This document shows, one piece after another, positions 18,421 to 28,819 of a stretch of 64,000 nucleotides of DNA. The stretch is from Candidatus Collierbacteria bacterium (GTDB lineage: Bacteria > Patescibacteriota > Microgenomatia > UBA1400 > JACPES01), in contig JACPES010000003.1 of the NCBI GenBank assembly GCA_016183365.1, positions 269,051 through 333,050 of the forward strand. Reading direction: 5' to 3'. Every line of letters starts with the position of its first letter. Position 1 is the first letter of the stretch. The notes under the pieces were generated by a model. That model did no database searches. It was not told where the DNA came from and saw only the letters and a program-made list of their open reading frames with translations. The translations under genes were made by a program, and so were the position numbers.

Positions 18421-19713
18421 ATGACTATTGCAGTCGTTGGTGTGGGTTTTGTCGGCCTAGTAACCGCGGCGGTGTTTTCTAAATTCGGCAATACCGTTTG
18501 GGCGGTTAACCGAGATAAACAAAAGTCGGAAGAACTCAAAAAGGGCAAAGTTCCTTTTTTTGAGCCCGGTTTAGAGGAATTAGTCAAGGAAAACGTTGAT
18601 GCCGGCCGATTGAAGTTCACGGTTGAATACCCGGAGGCTATCCGCGAAGCGGATGTGATTATGATAGCCGTCGGAACTCCGTCAGCGCCGGACGGAACCG
18701 CTGATTTATCCGCCGTTTTCGAGGCGGCCCAATCTTTAGCCCCGCATATAAAAACCGGAGCGATCATAATTGTTAAATCGACTGTGCCGCCCGGGACAAA
18801 CAACAAGGTTAAAGAAATTATCAAAATTTATACCAAGAAACAATTTTATACCGCTTCAGTCCCGGAGTTTTTGCGCGAAGGCACTGCGGTCGAAGACACT
18901 TTGCACCCAGACCGGATATTAATCGGGGCCAATGAGCCGTTCGTCATTAAAAAACTTTTGGAATTGCACCGGCCTCTGAACGGAGAAACCGTAATTATGC
19001 GTCCGGAATCCGCCCAACTGACTAAATATTCGGCCAACGCTTATTTAGCCAACCGGATCGTATTTATTAATCAGATATCCGATTTGGCCGAGAAAACCGG
19101 GGCCGATGTTCAGGAGATTATCCGCGGAATGGGGCTGGATCGCAGGATCGGCTTGCATTACTGGTGGCCGGGCCTTGGTTATGGTGGGAGTTGCTACCCC
19201 AAAGATATTAAAGAATTGACGGCTTACGCCAGAAGGGTGGGTGAAGGCGATGGATTATTTGAAAAAATAGACCAATTAAACGAAAATCGGCTCTTAAAAA
19301 TGCTTTCCAAATTTGAAAAAGCCGTTGGTGGCTGGAACGGGAAAACTATTGCCGTTTTAGGGTTATCGTTTAAGCCCAACACCGACGATATGCGGGAAGC
19401 GCCTTCGATGAAAGTGATTCCGGTCTTGACTGCTGCCGGAGCAGCGGTTTCGGTCTATGACCCTCAAGCGTCTGGTCATGCTAAAAAAATCTTGGGAGAC
19501 AGTGTCGCTACGTATGCCGCTAATCCCTATGAAGCTGTAAAAGGAGCAACTGCATTAATAATTTTAGTGGAGTGGGACGAATTCAGATCATTGGATTTGG
19601 CTAAAATTAAAAAGAATATGACTACAGACGCGGTTTTTATTGACACCCGGAATTTATATGATCCGCAAAGAATTAAAGAAGCAGGATTAAAGTATGTCGG
19701 AATAGGAAGATAG
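18421..19713 (+). CDS. ugd: UDP-glucose 6-dehydrogenase
   Basis: MTIAVVGVGFVGLVTAAVF (NAD-binding GxGxxG) and UDPG/GDP-mannose dehydrogenase family features (…GGSCYPKDI…). Start trimmed to 18421. Confidence 0.85.
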   Translation: MTIAVVGVGFVGLVTAAVFSKFGNTVWAVNRDKQKSEELKKGKVPFFEPGLEELVKENVDAGRLKFTVEYPEAIREADVIMIAVGTPSAPDGTADLSAVFEAAQSLAPHIKTGAIIIVKSTVPPGTNNKVKEIIKIYTKKQFYTASVPEFLREGTAVEDTLHPDRILIGANEPFVIKKLLELHRPLNGETVIMRPESAQLTKYSANAYLANRIVFINQISDLAEKTGADVQEIIRGMGLDRRIGLHYWWPGLGYGGSCYPKDIKELTAYARRVGEGDGLFEKIDQLNENRLLKMLSKFEKAVGGWNGKTIAVLGLSFKPNTDDMREAPSMKVIPVLTAAGAAVSVYDPQASGHAKKILGDSVATYAANPYEAVKGATALIILVEWDEFRSLDLAKIKKNMTTDAVFIDTRNLYDPQRIKEAGLKYVGIGR

Positions 19714-19784
19714 GAGAAATTGCTAAATTGCTACATCGCTAAACTTGAACTATGTAACAATCTAACAATATAACAATATAACAA

Positions 19785-20666
19785 TTGAACATTCTTGTCA
19801 CCGGCGCTAACGGATTTGCCGGCCGTCATTTGGTTGAACGTCTTAAGGTCAGCGGTTATACGGTCTTGACTCCGAAAATTGACTTATTAAACGCGACTGA
19901 AACTGAAGTGGTTATTTCCAAACATGAGTTTAACGGGGTTATTCATTTGGCGGCCATGGCCGAAGTCGGGACCAGCCTGATTTCTCCGGCTAAAATTCTC
20001 CGGAATAATATTTTTGCCCAGTTGAATTTACTGGAAACTTTAAGGCGGAGAAAATCCGCGGCTAAAGTTTTAATCATCTGCAGCGCCGACGAATATGGCG
20101 GCAGTCAGGGAGAGCTCATCGATGAAAATACTCCCCTGATGCCAGCCAGCCCTTACGCGGTTTCAAAAGTGGCCCAAGATTTTTTGGGGCTGCAATATTT
20201 TTTATCCTATGGATTAAATATTATCAGGCTTCGGCCTTTTAATCATATCGGCGAGGGGCAACGGACCGGTTTCGTGGTTCCGGATTTTGTCAGACAGATT
20301 GTTGACATAGAAAGAAGCGGTAGTCCCAATGAAATTGTGGTGGGAAATTTAGAAGCCATCCGCGATTTTACCGATGTTAAAGACATGGTTAGGGCTTATG
20401 AATTGGCTCTGACAAAAGGCCAAGCCGGGGAAGTCTACAACGTCGGTTCAGGTCAGGGCATCAAGATTTCTTATCTGCTTCAAGAATTGATTAAGATGTC
20501 AAAGGCCAAAATTAAAATTACAGTGGATAAGTCCAGATTCCGTCCCGGAGAATCCCCTCAACTGGTTTGCAACCCCGGAAAATTTATCCGGGCTACCGGT
20601 TGGAAACCGGAGATTCCTTTAAATAAAACCCTGGAGAGAGTGCTAGAATATTGGCGAAGCAATTAA
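19785..20666 (+). CDS. NAD-dependent epimerase/dehydratase (GDP-4-keto-6-deoxymannose reductase / Rmd-like)
   Basis: ILVTGANGFAGRHL (Rossmann) and an SDR-type YxxxK (PYAVSKVAQ). Located immediately upstream of gmd. Confidence 0.7.
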   Translation: MNILVTGANGFAGRHLVERLKVSGYTVLTPKIDLLNATETEVVISKHEFNGVIHLAAMAEVGTSLISPAKILRNNIFAQLNLLETLRRRKSAAKVLIICSADEYGGSQGELIDENTPLMPASPYAVSKVAQDFLGLQYFLSYGLNIIRLRPFNHIGEGQRTGFVVPDFVRQIVDIERSGSPNEIVVGNLEAIRDFTDVKDMVRAYELALTKGQAGEVYNVGSGQGIKISYLLQELIKMSKAKIKITVDKSRFRPGESPQLVCNPGKFIRATGWKPEIPLNKTLERVLEYWRSN

Positions 20667-20756
20667 ACGAACAAACGAATAAAAAATCAAACGAACAAAT
20701 AAACTAACAAACCAACAAACTAAAAAACGATTTTGTGAATTGTTAGTTTTATATTT

Positions 20757-21788
20757 ATGTCAAAAAAGGCATTCATAACGGGTATCACCGGCCAAGACGG
20801 GAGTTATTTGGCTGAATTTCTGCTTGATCGCGGATACGAAGTTCATGGTTTGATTCGGCGCACCTCGACGGTATCGACGGAAAGAGTATCACACCTTCTT
20901 CACCATATTTCCGTAGTTGACGGCGATCTCACAGATCAACATTCATTAACCCAAGCCATTCAAGACATCAAACCGGATGAAGTATACAATTTGGCAGCTC
21001 AATCGTTTATTCCCACTTCTTTCCGTCAGCCGGTCCTAACCGGAGAAGCCAGCGCTTTAGGCGTTACCAGAATTCTGGAAGCCGTCCGCATCGCCAAACT
21101 CGACACCAAATTCTATCAGGCCAGTTCTTCAGAAATGTTTGGTAAAGCGGTGGAAGTCCCCCAATCGGAAACTACCCCGTTTTCTCCCCGCAGTCCCTAC
21201 GGGGTAGCCAAGGTCTACGGCCATTGGATCACAGTTAATTATCGCGAAGCTTACAATCTTTTCGCTGTATCCGGTATACTCTTTAACCACGAATCTCCCC
21301 GCCGCGGCTTAACCTTCATTACCCGGAAAATTACCATGAGCGTCGCTTGTCTGGCAACCGGCCTAAAATGGGTGCCGCAAAATGAAATCGGCGAGCCATT
21401 AGTTACCGCGGACGGTAAAATCGCTGTCGGCAATCTCGAGTCAAAAAGGGATTGGGGTTTCGCCGGAGATTATGTCGAGGCCATGTGGATGATGCTGCAG
21501 CAAAAACAACCTGACGATTTTGTCATTGGCACCGGCGAAACTCATTCTGTCAAAGAGTTTATCCAAACTGCTTTTGAATCCGCCGGACTAAAAAATTGGG
21601 AATACCATGTTACAGTCGATAAAAGATTTTACCGGCCTGCCGAAGTTGATTTATTGATAGCCGACCCTGCAAAAGCCAATAGAAAGTTGGGCTGGAAACC
21701 AAAGACCAGCTTCAAAGAATTGGTGAATATGATGGTGGAACACGATATTAAATTTGTCAAAAGACAAATTGAGGGAAATCAGAAATGA
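20757..21788 (+). CDS. gmd: GDP-mannose 4,6-dehydratase
   Basis: [31 protein letters not shown]…, the classic Gmd N-terminus, with SDR catalytic residues. Confidence 0.9.
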   Translation: MSKKAFITGITGQDGSYLAEFLLDRGYEVHGLIRRTSTVSTERVSHLLHHISVVDGDLTDQHSLTQAIQDIKPDEVYNLAAQSFIPTSFRQPVLTGEASALGVTRILEAVRIAKLDTKFYQASSSEMFGKAVEVPQSETTPFSPRSPYGVAKVYGHWITVNYREAYNLFAVSGILFNHESPRRGLTFITRKITMSVACLATGLKWVPQNEIGEPLVTADGKIAVGNLESKRDWGFAGDYVEAMWMMLQQKQPDDFVIGTGETHSVKEFIQTAFESAGLKNWEYHVTVDKRFYRPAEVDLLIADPAKANRKLGWKPKTSFKELVNMMVEHDIKFVKRQIEGNQK

Positions 21789-22945
21789 CAAAACAATCAA
21801 AAAAACAAACCGTGGTGATGGTAATTCCAACCTACGATGAACGTGGAAACATCGGCAGGGCTATAGATCAATTGGAAGATGTTTTTAAGAAAATTCCGCT
21901 TAACTACGAGATGCATATTTTAGTGGTTGATGATTCATCTCCGGACGGGACCGCCGACGAGGTGAAAACAAAAATGAAACAGCTGAAAAATGTTCACCTG
22001 TTGATAAATAAGAAAAAGATGGGATTGGGCGGAGCATATTTATCGGGAATGAAATACGCCGTCGAAAAATTGAATCCGGATATTTTCTTTGAATTCGACG
22101 CCGATCTGTCTCATGATCCCAAGTTGGTGCCGCAGTTTTTAACAAAACTGGAGGAGGGCTATGACTTGGTGTTGGGGAGCCGTTATATAAAAGGCGGCGC
22201 CATCCCAGACAATTGGGGATTAAAGAGAAAATTCTATAGCGTAGTCGGGAATATGATTATTATGTTTGTTTTAACCGACTTCAGTATTCGCGACTGGACC
22301 ACCGGTTACCGGGCAATCCGCCGCTATGTTTATGAAAAAGTTTATCCGTTGTTGGGAGAAGAGCGGTTTTTCGGTTATACCTTTCAGATTGGTTTCTTGC
22401 ACAAAGCCGTCCGGGCCGGATTTAAAGCCGGAGAAGTGCCCTTGAAATTCGTGGACCGGACTTTAGGTCGGAGCAAATTGGGGGCGGAATATATTAAAAA
22501 TACTTTAATTTATATTTTCAAAGCCCGATTTTTTGAATTATTGCGGTTCTTCAAATTTGCCACAGTCGGTTCTTTAGGTCTGGTAATCCAAACCGCTCTC
22601 TATTGGATCTTAGGATTCGGATTGAAAGTCGTTTCTCCAACCGTTGCCACCATTCTTGGAGGACAGCTGGCAATCTTGTCAAATTTTATTTTGAATAATG
22701 TCTGGACATTCGGCGACCGGAAAATCACTTCGGTGCCGGTACTGCTTAAAAAACTGGCCGTTTTCTATGCCACATCCAATATTGCCGTTCTGTTTATTCA
22801 GGGCGGAATAATGAAAACAGGTGAGTTAATCGTGGGGAGGGAGAATATTTTAATTCATGGATTTTACGTGGCCGCCTTAGTTTTGACTCTTGTTTTTAAC
22901 TTCACAGTTTACAATAAATATATTTGGAAAAAGGCTCAAGGCTAA
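21785..22945 (+). CDS. Polyprenol-phosphate mannose/hexose synthase (GT2 catalytic domain fused to C-terminal GtrA-like TM domain)
   Basis: [14 protein letters not shown]…[10 protein letters not shown]…DADLSHDP (GT2 / DPM1-like), then 4 TM helices (GtrA-like). Confidence 0.8.
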   Translation: MTKQSKKQTVVMVIPTYDERGNIGRAIDQLEDVFKKIPLNYEMHILVVDDSSPDGTADEVKTKMKQLKNVHLLINKKKMGLGGAYLSGMKYAVEKLNPDIFFEFDADLSHDPKLVPQFLTKLEEGYDLVLGSRYIKGGAIPDNWGLKRKFYSVVGNMIIMFVLTDFSIRDWTTGYRAIRRYVYEKVYPLLGEERFFGYTFQIGFLHKAVRAGFKAGEVPLKFVDRTLGRSKLGAEYIKNTLIYIFKARFFELLRFFKFATVGSLGLVIQTALYWILGFGLKVVSPTVATILGGQLAILSNFILNNVWTFGDRKITSVPVLLKKLAVFYATSNIAVLFIQGGIMKTGELIVGRENILIHGFYVAALVLTLVFNFTVYNKYIWKKAQG

Positions 22946-22954
22946 GCCCTCATC

Positions 22955-23038
22955 GTCATTCCGGACTTGCCTGCCCGCCTATGGAGGGATCCGGAATCTA
23001 TATATCATATAAATAGATTACTGTTTTCGCAGGAATGA
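22955..23038. repeat. GC-rich palindromic element (GTCATTCCGGA… hairpin, tail GCAGGAATGATA), intergenic
   Basis: ATTCCGGA-[24 nt]-TCCGGAAT hairpin, same 5' terminus as the element at 35872. Confidence 0.6.
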
Positions 23039-23070
23039 TAAGGTCGGGATAGTTTTGAGGCGGGTTCATT

Positions 23071-23811
23071 ATGTCAAAAAAGACTTCTGTCGACATTGTC
23101 GTTCCGGTATATAACGAAGAAATAGCCCTGCCTGACAATATTCCGATGCTATATAACTATTGCAGAAATAACTTGTCCGAATATGATTGGCGGATAATTA
23201 TCGCCGATAACGCTTCGACGGATTCGACTTCTGCCATCGCCAAAAAATTTGCTAAAAGGCCGCAAATTTCCTATCTCAAGCTTCCCACGAAAGGCAGAGG
23301 GTTGGCCTTAAAGACTGCTTGGCTTAATTCTCAAGCTCAAATCGTCAGTTATATGGACGTGGATTTATCGTCAAATTTGGAATTTTTCAAGGGCTTGCTT
23401 TCGGCGATTGAAGATAGTTCCGATATCGCCATAGGTTCCCGTTTAGCCAGAGGGGCAAACGTGGTCGGGAGGACCGTTTTGCGCGGAATTATGTCCAGGG
23501 GTTATAATTTATTGATAAAAGCGTTTTTTTCAATATCATTCAAAGACGCTCAGTGCGGTTTTAAAGCAATAAAAAAAAGCGTTTTTCAGAATTTGGAACC
23601 TTTGATTGAAAATAATAATTGGTTTTTTGATTCTGAAATGTTAATTTTGGCTGAAAAATCAGGATATAAGATTGCTGAAATCCCGATCTCTTGGCATGAC
23701 GACCCCAGCTCAACCGTTAAAGTCGCCAAAACCGCCAGTGAGGACTTCAAAGGTTTGTTTCGTTTATGGAAAACAAAGCCCTGGAAAAATGTCAGAAGGG
23801 GGGATGGCTAG
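23071..23811 (+). CDS. Family-2 glycosyltransferase (polyprenyl-phosphate sugar synthase-like)
   Basis: VDIVVPVYNEE…IIIADNASTDST…DVDLSS (GT-A DxD). Confidence 0.75.
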   Translation: MSKKTSVDIVVPVYNEEIALPDNIPMLYNYCRNNLSEYDWRIIIADNASTDSTSAIAKKFAKRPQISYLKLPTKGRGLALKTAWLNSQAQIVSYMDVDLSSNLEFFKGLLSAIEDSSDIAIGSRLARGANVVGRTVLRGIMSRGYNLLIKAFFSISFKDAQCGFKAIKKSVFQNLEPLIENNNWFFDSEMLILAEKSGYKIAEIPISWHDDPSSTVKVAKTASEDFKGLFRLWKTKPWKNVRRGDG

Positions 23812-25347
23812 ATGGTTACAATGAACAAAATGGCTAAATTGCCAAAATGGCTACAATGGTTTAAAAAACCACAGATCTTAATTTTGATTTTCATTTTAAT
23901 TGTGGCTGCGTTCTTACGTTTATATCGTATCAGGGATTACATCGTTTTTTTAGGCGATGAAGGCCGCGACGCTTTAGTTTGGTTTAACATGGTGGAAAAA
24001 GGCAAATTCACTTTTTTGGGTCCAACAGCTTCGGTCGGAGGATTTTATTTAGGGCCGGTTTATTACTATTTGGCTTTGCCGTTTTATTTCATTTTCCGCG
24101 ATCCGGTCGGGCCGGCAATTTTCGTAGGCTTATTGGGAGTAGCTACGGTTTGGCTGATTTATTTCGTTACCCAAAGATGGTTTGGAAAAACTTCCGGATT
24201 ATTCGCTTCAGGGATATACGCCGTTACTTCTTTGGTTATCCGTTATTCCCGGGCGTCCTGGAATCCAAACCCGGTACCATTTTTCTCCCTGTTGGGAATA
24301 TACTGGGCCGCTACCGGGGCGAAAGAAAAAAAATGGTGGAAATTAGTCGGAGCCGGAGTTTGTTTGGGGATTCTGTGGCAACTTCATTATTTAACCTTGA
24401 TAATGGCCCCGATTTACTTAATAATTGTATTGATATATAGCAACATTGAAGGTCTGACCTTCAATCGGGCGATACGCCAAGTATTTTTGTTAACGGTCGG
24501 GTGGATGATCGGATTTTCTCCGTTTTTGGCGTTTGAAATTTACCATCATTTTCCCAATGCCAGAACGGTTTTAGAGTTTATCAGTCGACCCAATGGCGCA
24601 GTTTTTAATTGGGAACTTTTGGGACTGTTCAGGTCGGTTATCCGTAATGCCAACAGGCTGACTTTGACTATTTTTAGTTGGCAAAACGGAGTAGTAACTT
24701 TAATCACGACTTTAATTTGGGCTCTGGGCGGGAGCTTGATGATTATTTTTAACAAATCGAATCGTTCGGACAAATTTTTGCCGCGCCAATCGTTGTTGTG
24801 GTGGTTTTGGCTGGGAATAACAATTTTTTCGCTCTATCAAGGCAGTATTTCTGATTACTATTTTGGTTTTTTATTTCCGGTTCCGGCTATATTCTTGGGA
24901 GCGGTAGCGGGATATCTGTTTGAAAAAAAACTGTTTGGCAGATTGTTGGCTGGATTTGTAACTTTGTGGCTGGTTTATGATCAGTCCGGCCGTTTATTTT
25001 TGCGGTTTGAGCCAAATAGATTGCTTCAGCAAACAGAATCTGTTTCCCGCCAAGTAATCTCCCTTTCGGGAAATGAACCATATAATTTTGCCTTGATAAC
25101 TTCCGGAAACAGCGACCACGCCTATCGTTATTTTTTAGAAAAGCTTAATCGGCCGCCGGTTAAGCTTCAGGATTTGATTGCCAAGCAGTTGATAGTGGTT
25201 TGCGAAAAACCGGCCGGCGATTGCCAGCCTTTGGGAAATCCAATTTGGGAAATAGCCGGTTTCGGCCGGGCCGAAGTTGCCGATTCCAAAATTATCCCGC
25301 CGGGGATTACAATCTATAGACTAACGCATTATTTTGGTCAATTATAA
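23812..25347 (+). CDS. GT-C-like polytopic membrane protein (paralog family with 27100 and 51903)
   Basis: The shared N-terminal pattern FLGDEGRDAL…LGPTASVGGFYLGPVYYYLALPF is conserved in three paralogs. Acidic DE motif in the first loop. Confidence 0.5.
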   Translation: MVTMNKMAKLPKWLQWFKKPQILILIFILIVAAFLRLYRIRDYIVFLGDEGRDALVWFNMVEKGKFTFLGPTASVGGFYLGPVYYYLALPFYFIFRDPVGPAIFVGLLGVATVWLIYFVTQRWFGKTSGLFASGIYAVTSLVIRYSRASWNPNPVPFFSLLGIYWAATGAKEKKWWKLVGAGVCLGILWQLHYLTLIMAPIYLIIVLIYSNIEGLTFNRAIRQVFLLTVGWMIGFSPFLAFEIYHHFPNARTVLEFISRPNGAVFNWELLGLFRSVIRNANRLTLTIFSWQNGVVTLITTLIWALGGSLMIIFNKSNRSDKFLPRQSLLWWFWLGITIFSLYQGSISDYYFGFLFPVPAIFLGAVAGYLFEKKLFGRLLAGFVTLWLVYDQSGRLFLRFEPNRLLQQTESVSRQVISLSGNEPYNFALITSGNSDHAYRYFLEKLNRPPVKLQDLIAKQLIVVCEKPAGDCQPLGNPIWEIAGFGRAEVADSKIIPPGITIYRLTHYFGQL

Positions 25348-25367
25348 CCCTTGTAGCCATTTTAATT

Positions 25368-26117
25368 ATGTATCCATTCTTATCAATCGTAATTCCTTCT
25401 TTTAACGAATCTGAAAATATCGCTAAAGGCGCGCTGAATGAGGTGGATAAATATTTATCCGGCCAAAAATATGATTGGGAAACAATTTTAGTTGATGACG
25501 GGTCGACTGACGGGACATTGGAGGATTTGCAAAAATGGATAAATGGTAAAAAGCATTGGCGGGTAATAAAAAATTCTCATCAAGGGAAAGCCCGGGCGGT
25601 AAAAACCGGAGTCTTGAGCGCGCGAGGAGACCTGGTTTTGTTCACTGATTTTGATCAAGCTACTCCTCTATCCGAGGTAGAGAAATTGCTTCCGTTTCTG
25701 CAAAAGGGTTATAACGTGGCAATCGGGTCGCGGGAGGTGAAGGGCAGCGAGCGCCTCGGTGAGCCCTGGTACAGACACCTGATGGGAAAAGTATTTAATT
25801 TTTCCGTCCAAACCATCGCCATCGGCGGCATCCGCGACACCCAGTGCGGCTTCAAACTTTTCACCAATCAGGCCGCCAAAGATCTATTCAATAGTTTGAT
25901 TGTTTACGGCAACGGGATTGAAAAACAGGCCTTCACCGGCGCATTTGACGTCGAACTGCTATACATCGCTCAAAAACGGGACTACAAAATCGCCGAAGTC
26001 CCGGTTTCTTGGCGCCACATTAAAACCAACCGCGTCAATCCTCTCCGCGACTCCGCTAGAATGTTTTTTGATGTCATCCGAATCCGAATGACAGATTTGT
26101 TCGGGGGTTACAGATGA
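25368..26117 (+). CDS. Family-2 glycosyltransferase (DPM-synthase-like)
   Basis: LSIVIPSFNESENI…LVDDGSTDGT…FTDFDQATP. Confidence 0.75.
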   Translation: MYPFLSIVIPSFNESENIAKGALNEVDKYLSGQKYDWETILVDDGSTDGTLEDLQKWINGKKHWRVIKNSHQGKARAVKTGVLSARGDLVLFTDFDQATPLSEVEKLLPFLQKGYNVAIGSREVKGSERLGEPWYRHLMGKVFNFSVQTIAIGGIRDTQCGFKLFTNQAAKDLFNSLIVYGNGIEKQAFTGAFDVELLYIAQKRDYKIAEVPVSWRHIKTNRVNPLRDSARMFFDVIRIRMTDLFGGYR

Positions 26118-27124
26118 ATTCAGTTAAATTTTTCTCACTCTTTACTCTTTACTCATTACTCTTTACTTCTTTCGTTCTTTACTCCTATACCCAAGTCGAT
26201 CTCAACCTGACATTGTCGAGCAATCCTGTCTATCAAACCATTCAACGTCAATTGACAAATATCGGTTACTTCAACCGCCCGCAATCCACCGCAATATTCT
26301 TTGCTATCCTAGCAGGACTTGTTGCTTGTTACTTGTTAATTGTTATTTTTCACGACAAATGGAAACTAACCACTAGGCAACTCTGGCAATTGCTTTTTGC
26401 TTTTTGCTTTTTGCTTTTTGTTTCCTATCCCGCTTTTGCCCACGACATTTTCAATTACATGTTTGACGCTAGGACTGTAGTTAAGTACGCTCAAAATCCC
26501 TACCTGACTACTCCTCTGGATTTTCCAAATGACGATTGGACTAGATTCATGCGTTGGACCCATGTTAGTTCGGTTTATCCTCCTGGTTGGCTGATAACCA
26601 CGATACCGTTTTATCTGTTAGGATTTGGGAAATTCACTTTAACGTTGCTATCGTTTAAATTCTTGGGGATGATTTCGTTTTTGGCATCCAGTTGGTTGAT
26701 GCTAAAAATTGCCGGACGACACGCCTGGATTCTCTGGAGTTTCAATCCGATGATTTTGATTGAGTCTCTAAGCAGTGTCCACAATGAAATCACTATGGTA
26801 GCTTTTACTCTGTTGGCCTTTTACATTGTCGGTGTCAACAAAAAAAATACAGCGCCTTATTTCTCGCTAATTTTTGCTGGACTTATAAAGTATATTTCGT
26901 TTCTGTTACTTCCATTCATAAACCACCCCGCGCGCGCTGCCGTCGCCGCTTGGGTTGGAGCATTGGCATTTTTCATTATGCGTGAAGTCAATCCGTGGTA
27001 TATCATCTTGCCGGTATCAATATCATTTATGTCAAAAAATAGATTTCTGACTAAATTTGCCATAATTGCCAGTTTGTTTGTAATGTATCGTTACTACCCA
27101 TGCGTAGCTATTTTTTCCTGTTAG
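26114..27124 (+). CDS. Polytopic membrane protein of unknown function
   Basis: 336 aa, multiple TM helices. Contains heptamer tandem repeats (TTTACTC)n and (TGCTTTT)n. Confidence 0.45.
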   Translation: MNSVKFFSLFTLYSLLFTSFVLYSYTQVDLNLTLSSNPVYQTIQRQLTNIGYFNRPQSTAIFFAILAGLVACYLLIVIFHDKWKLTTRQLWQLLFAFCFLLFVSYPAFAHDIFNYMFDARTVVKYAQNPYLTTPLDFPNDDWTRFMRWTHVSSVYPPGWLITTIPFYLLGFGKFTLTLLSFKFLGMISFLASSWLMLKIAGRHAWILWSFNPMILIESLSSVHNEITMVAFTLLAFYIVGVNKKNTAPYFSLIFAGLIKYISFLLLPFINHPARAAVAAWVGALAFFIMREVNPWYIILPVSISFMSKNRFLTKFAIIASLFVMYRYYPCVAIFSC

Positions 27125-28812
27125 TTTCCATAATTATTTTTTTATCGTTAACCGGGCCATCAATCGTTTCCGGTAATTTCGCTTTTGTGTTTGACATGGG
27201 TCGCGATCAGCTGTGGATCAGAGATATGGTGGAATTGCGGCGTCCGACTTTGATCGGTCCGTGGGGGTCAATTGCCGGTATTTTCTTTGGGCCGCTATGG
27301 TTCTATTTGTTATCTATCCCGTATTTGATTTTTAAAGGTGACCCGCGGGGAGCGGTTCTAGTTTCTCTGGCGGCTAATTTACTGACGATGATAATCGGAT
27401 GGCAATTTTTGCGGAAAAACAAACATCCGGTCGCCGGGAATATTTTCGCGATCTTGTATTCAGTTTCTCCTTTAACGATTAGCCTTTCATCTTTTGCTTT
27501 CCATGCTAATTTATTGCCTTTAATTACGCTGTTATTTTTTATCGGTCTCTATGTTTTTCATAAATCATTATTCATAAATCATAAATCATTGCTTGGTCTG
27601 TCTTTAGCGGCTCTATCCGCCTCTCTAGCCTATCATTTTGAACCCGCCGCCGGAGTGATGTTAACGGGGTTCATGACTGTTTTAATCTTAATAAATATGC
27701 GGCAAATGAAGATATTTCAATCATTTAAATCATTAAAAAATATATTAATAGCAATTATCTTATTTTTGATCCCCTTCCTCCCTCAACTTGTTTTTGAACT
27801 CCGCCACGATTTCATCCAAACCAAATCTTTGTTTGGCTATTTTAGCGGAGAAAACACCAGTTTGGGCGGGGTTCTGCCTTTAAGCGAAAGAATTGTTGAG
27901 CGGGGAATTAAGCTGGGCGAAACCTTGACATATTCCTTATTCACCATTGATTCTAATCTTTGGAAAATAGTTTTCTTGGGACTTTTTATCCTCGCGCTTC
28001 TTGCTTTAACAAAATTGAAAAAGTTCACCCTGAATCTCGATAGTTTTACTCTTTACTCTTTACTCTTTACCCTTTACTTTCTATCTTTCCATTATTTGGC
28101 TTATACATTTTTGTTTCCGGCAGAATTAAAAGGTTGGTATCTTAGCGGTTTCGTTTCAATTCATATTTTGGCATTTAGTTTGATTTGTGAATTTGTTTAT
28201 GGAGCCCCACGCTCTATCAATAGTGCGACATCCCGCTCGTTTCGCCAGAGCTTCAACGAGGCGAGCCTAAGCGCAATCCATCCACGGGTAAACTCACGAT
28301 TTTCTTGCGAAAGGCGGGATAAATCTAGCCATTTATTTATTTTAACCATTTTGATATTTATAATTATTAGGAATATTAATCCTTTTGATCGGATTTTCGG
28401 CGGACAAAAACCTCCGCTCCCTCCGGAAACTTTCAGCGCCCAAATTGAAGTGGTGGATTGGATCTATCGAGATGCAATTCATAAGGATAAGCCGTTTGCG
28501 GTTTACACCTACACTCCGCCGGTTTATGACTATCAATATCAGTATCTTTTATGGTGGCGCGGGATAAATAAATATAAGTTATTGCCTGCCGAGTATAGTT
28601 ATAAGCCGGGTGAGACCTCTTATCTTCAATATAAAGATCGATTTGTTTCCTCAATCTGGAAACCTAAAGACGCCCAGTTAATGTATTTGATAATTGAGCC
28701 GGATAATCTGGAGTTCAGAGTAGCCGGATGGATGGGAAATTTTTTAAGGTCTGATAAACTGGAAACCCGGGAATTTCCTTCTAAAGTCAAAGTTTTATTC
28801 GGAAGCTTATAA
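27100..28812 (+). CDS. GT-C-like polytopic membrane protein (paralog of 23812 and 51903) carrying a roughly 110-bp in-frame repeat-element insertion
   Basis: N-terminal FDMGRDQLW…GPWGSIAGIFFGPLWFYLL pattern. GC-rich insertion at 28187..28297. Confidence 0.5.
   Translation: MRSYFFLLVSIIIFLSLTGPSIVSGNFAFVFDMGRDQLWIRDMVELRRPTLIGPWGSIAGIFFGPLWFYLLSIPYLIFKGDPRGAVLVSLAANLLTMIIGWQFLRKNKHPVAGNIFAILYSVSPLTISLSSFAFHANLLPLITLLFFIGLYVFHKSLFINHKSLLGLSLAALSASLAYHFEPAAGVMLTGFMTVLILINMRQMKIFQSFKSLKNILIAIILFLIPFLPQLVFELRHDFIQTKSLFGYFSGENTSLGGVLPLSERIVERGIKLGETLTYSLFTIDSNLWKIVFLGLFILALLALTKLKKFTLNLDSFTLYSLLFTLYFLSFHYLAYTFLFPAELKGWYLSGFVSIHILAFSLICEFVYGAPRSINSATSRSFRQSFNEASLSAIHPRVNSRFSCERRDKSSHLFILTILIFIIIRNINPFDRIFGGQKPPLPPETFSAQIEVVDWIYRDAIHKDKPFAVYTYTPPVYDYQYQYLLWWRGINKYKLLPAEYSYKPGETSYLQYKDRFVSSIWKPKDAQLMYLIIEPDNLEFRVAGWMGNFLRSDKLETREFPSKVKVLFGSL
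28187..28297. repeat. GC-rich repeat element with GTGAATTTG … AAACTCAC termini inserted in frame in a GT-C gene
   Basis: Encodes …EFVYGAPRSINSATSRSFRQSFNEASLSAIHPRVNS…. Related to the 32749 element (GTGAAGTTT…AAACTTCAC). Confidence 0.55.
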
Positions 28813-28819
28813 TTTAAAT

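Noticed and set aside
18402-19037. Minus-strand ORFs 18402..18824 and 18846..19037 antisense to ugd
   Set aside because: They overlap the conserved ugd coding region entirely. The translations are Ala/Thr/Ser-rich antisense artefacts.
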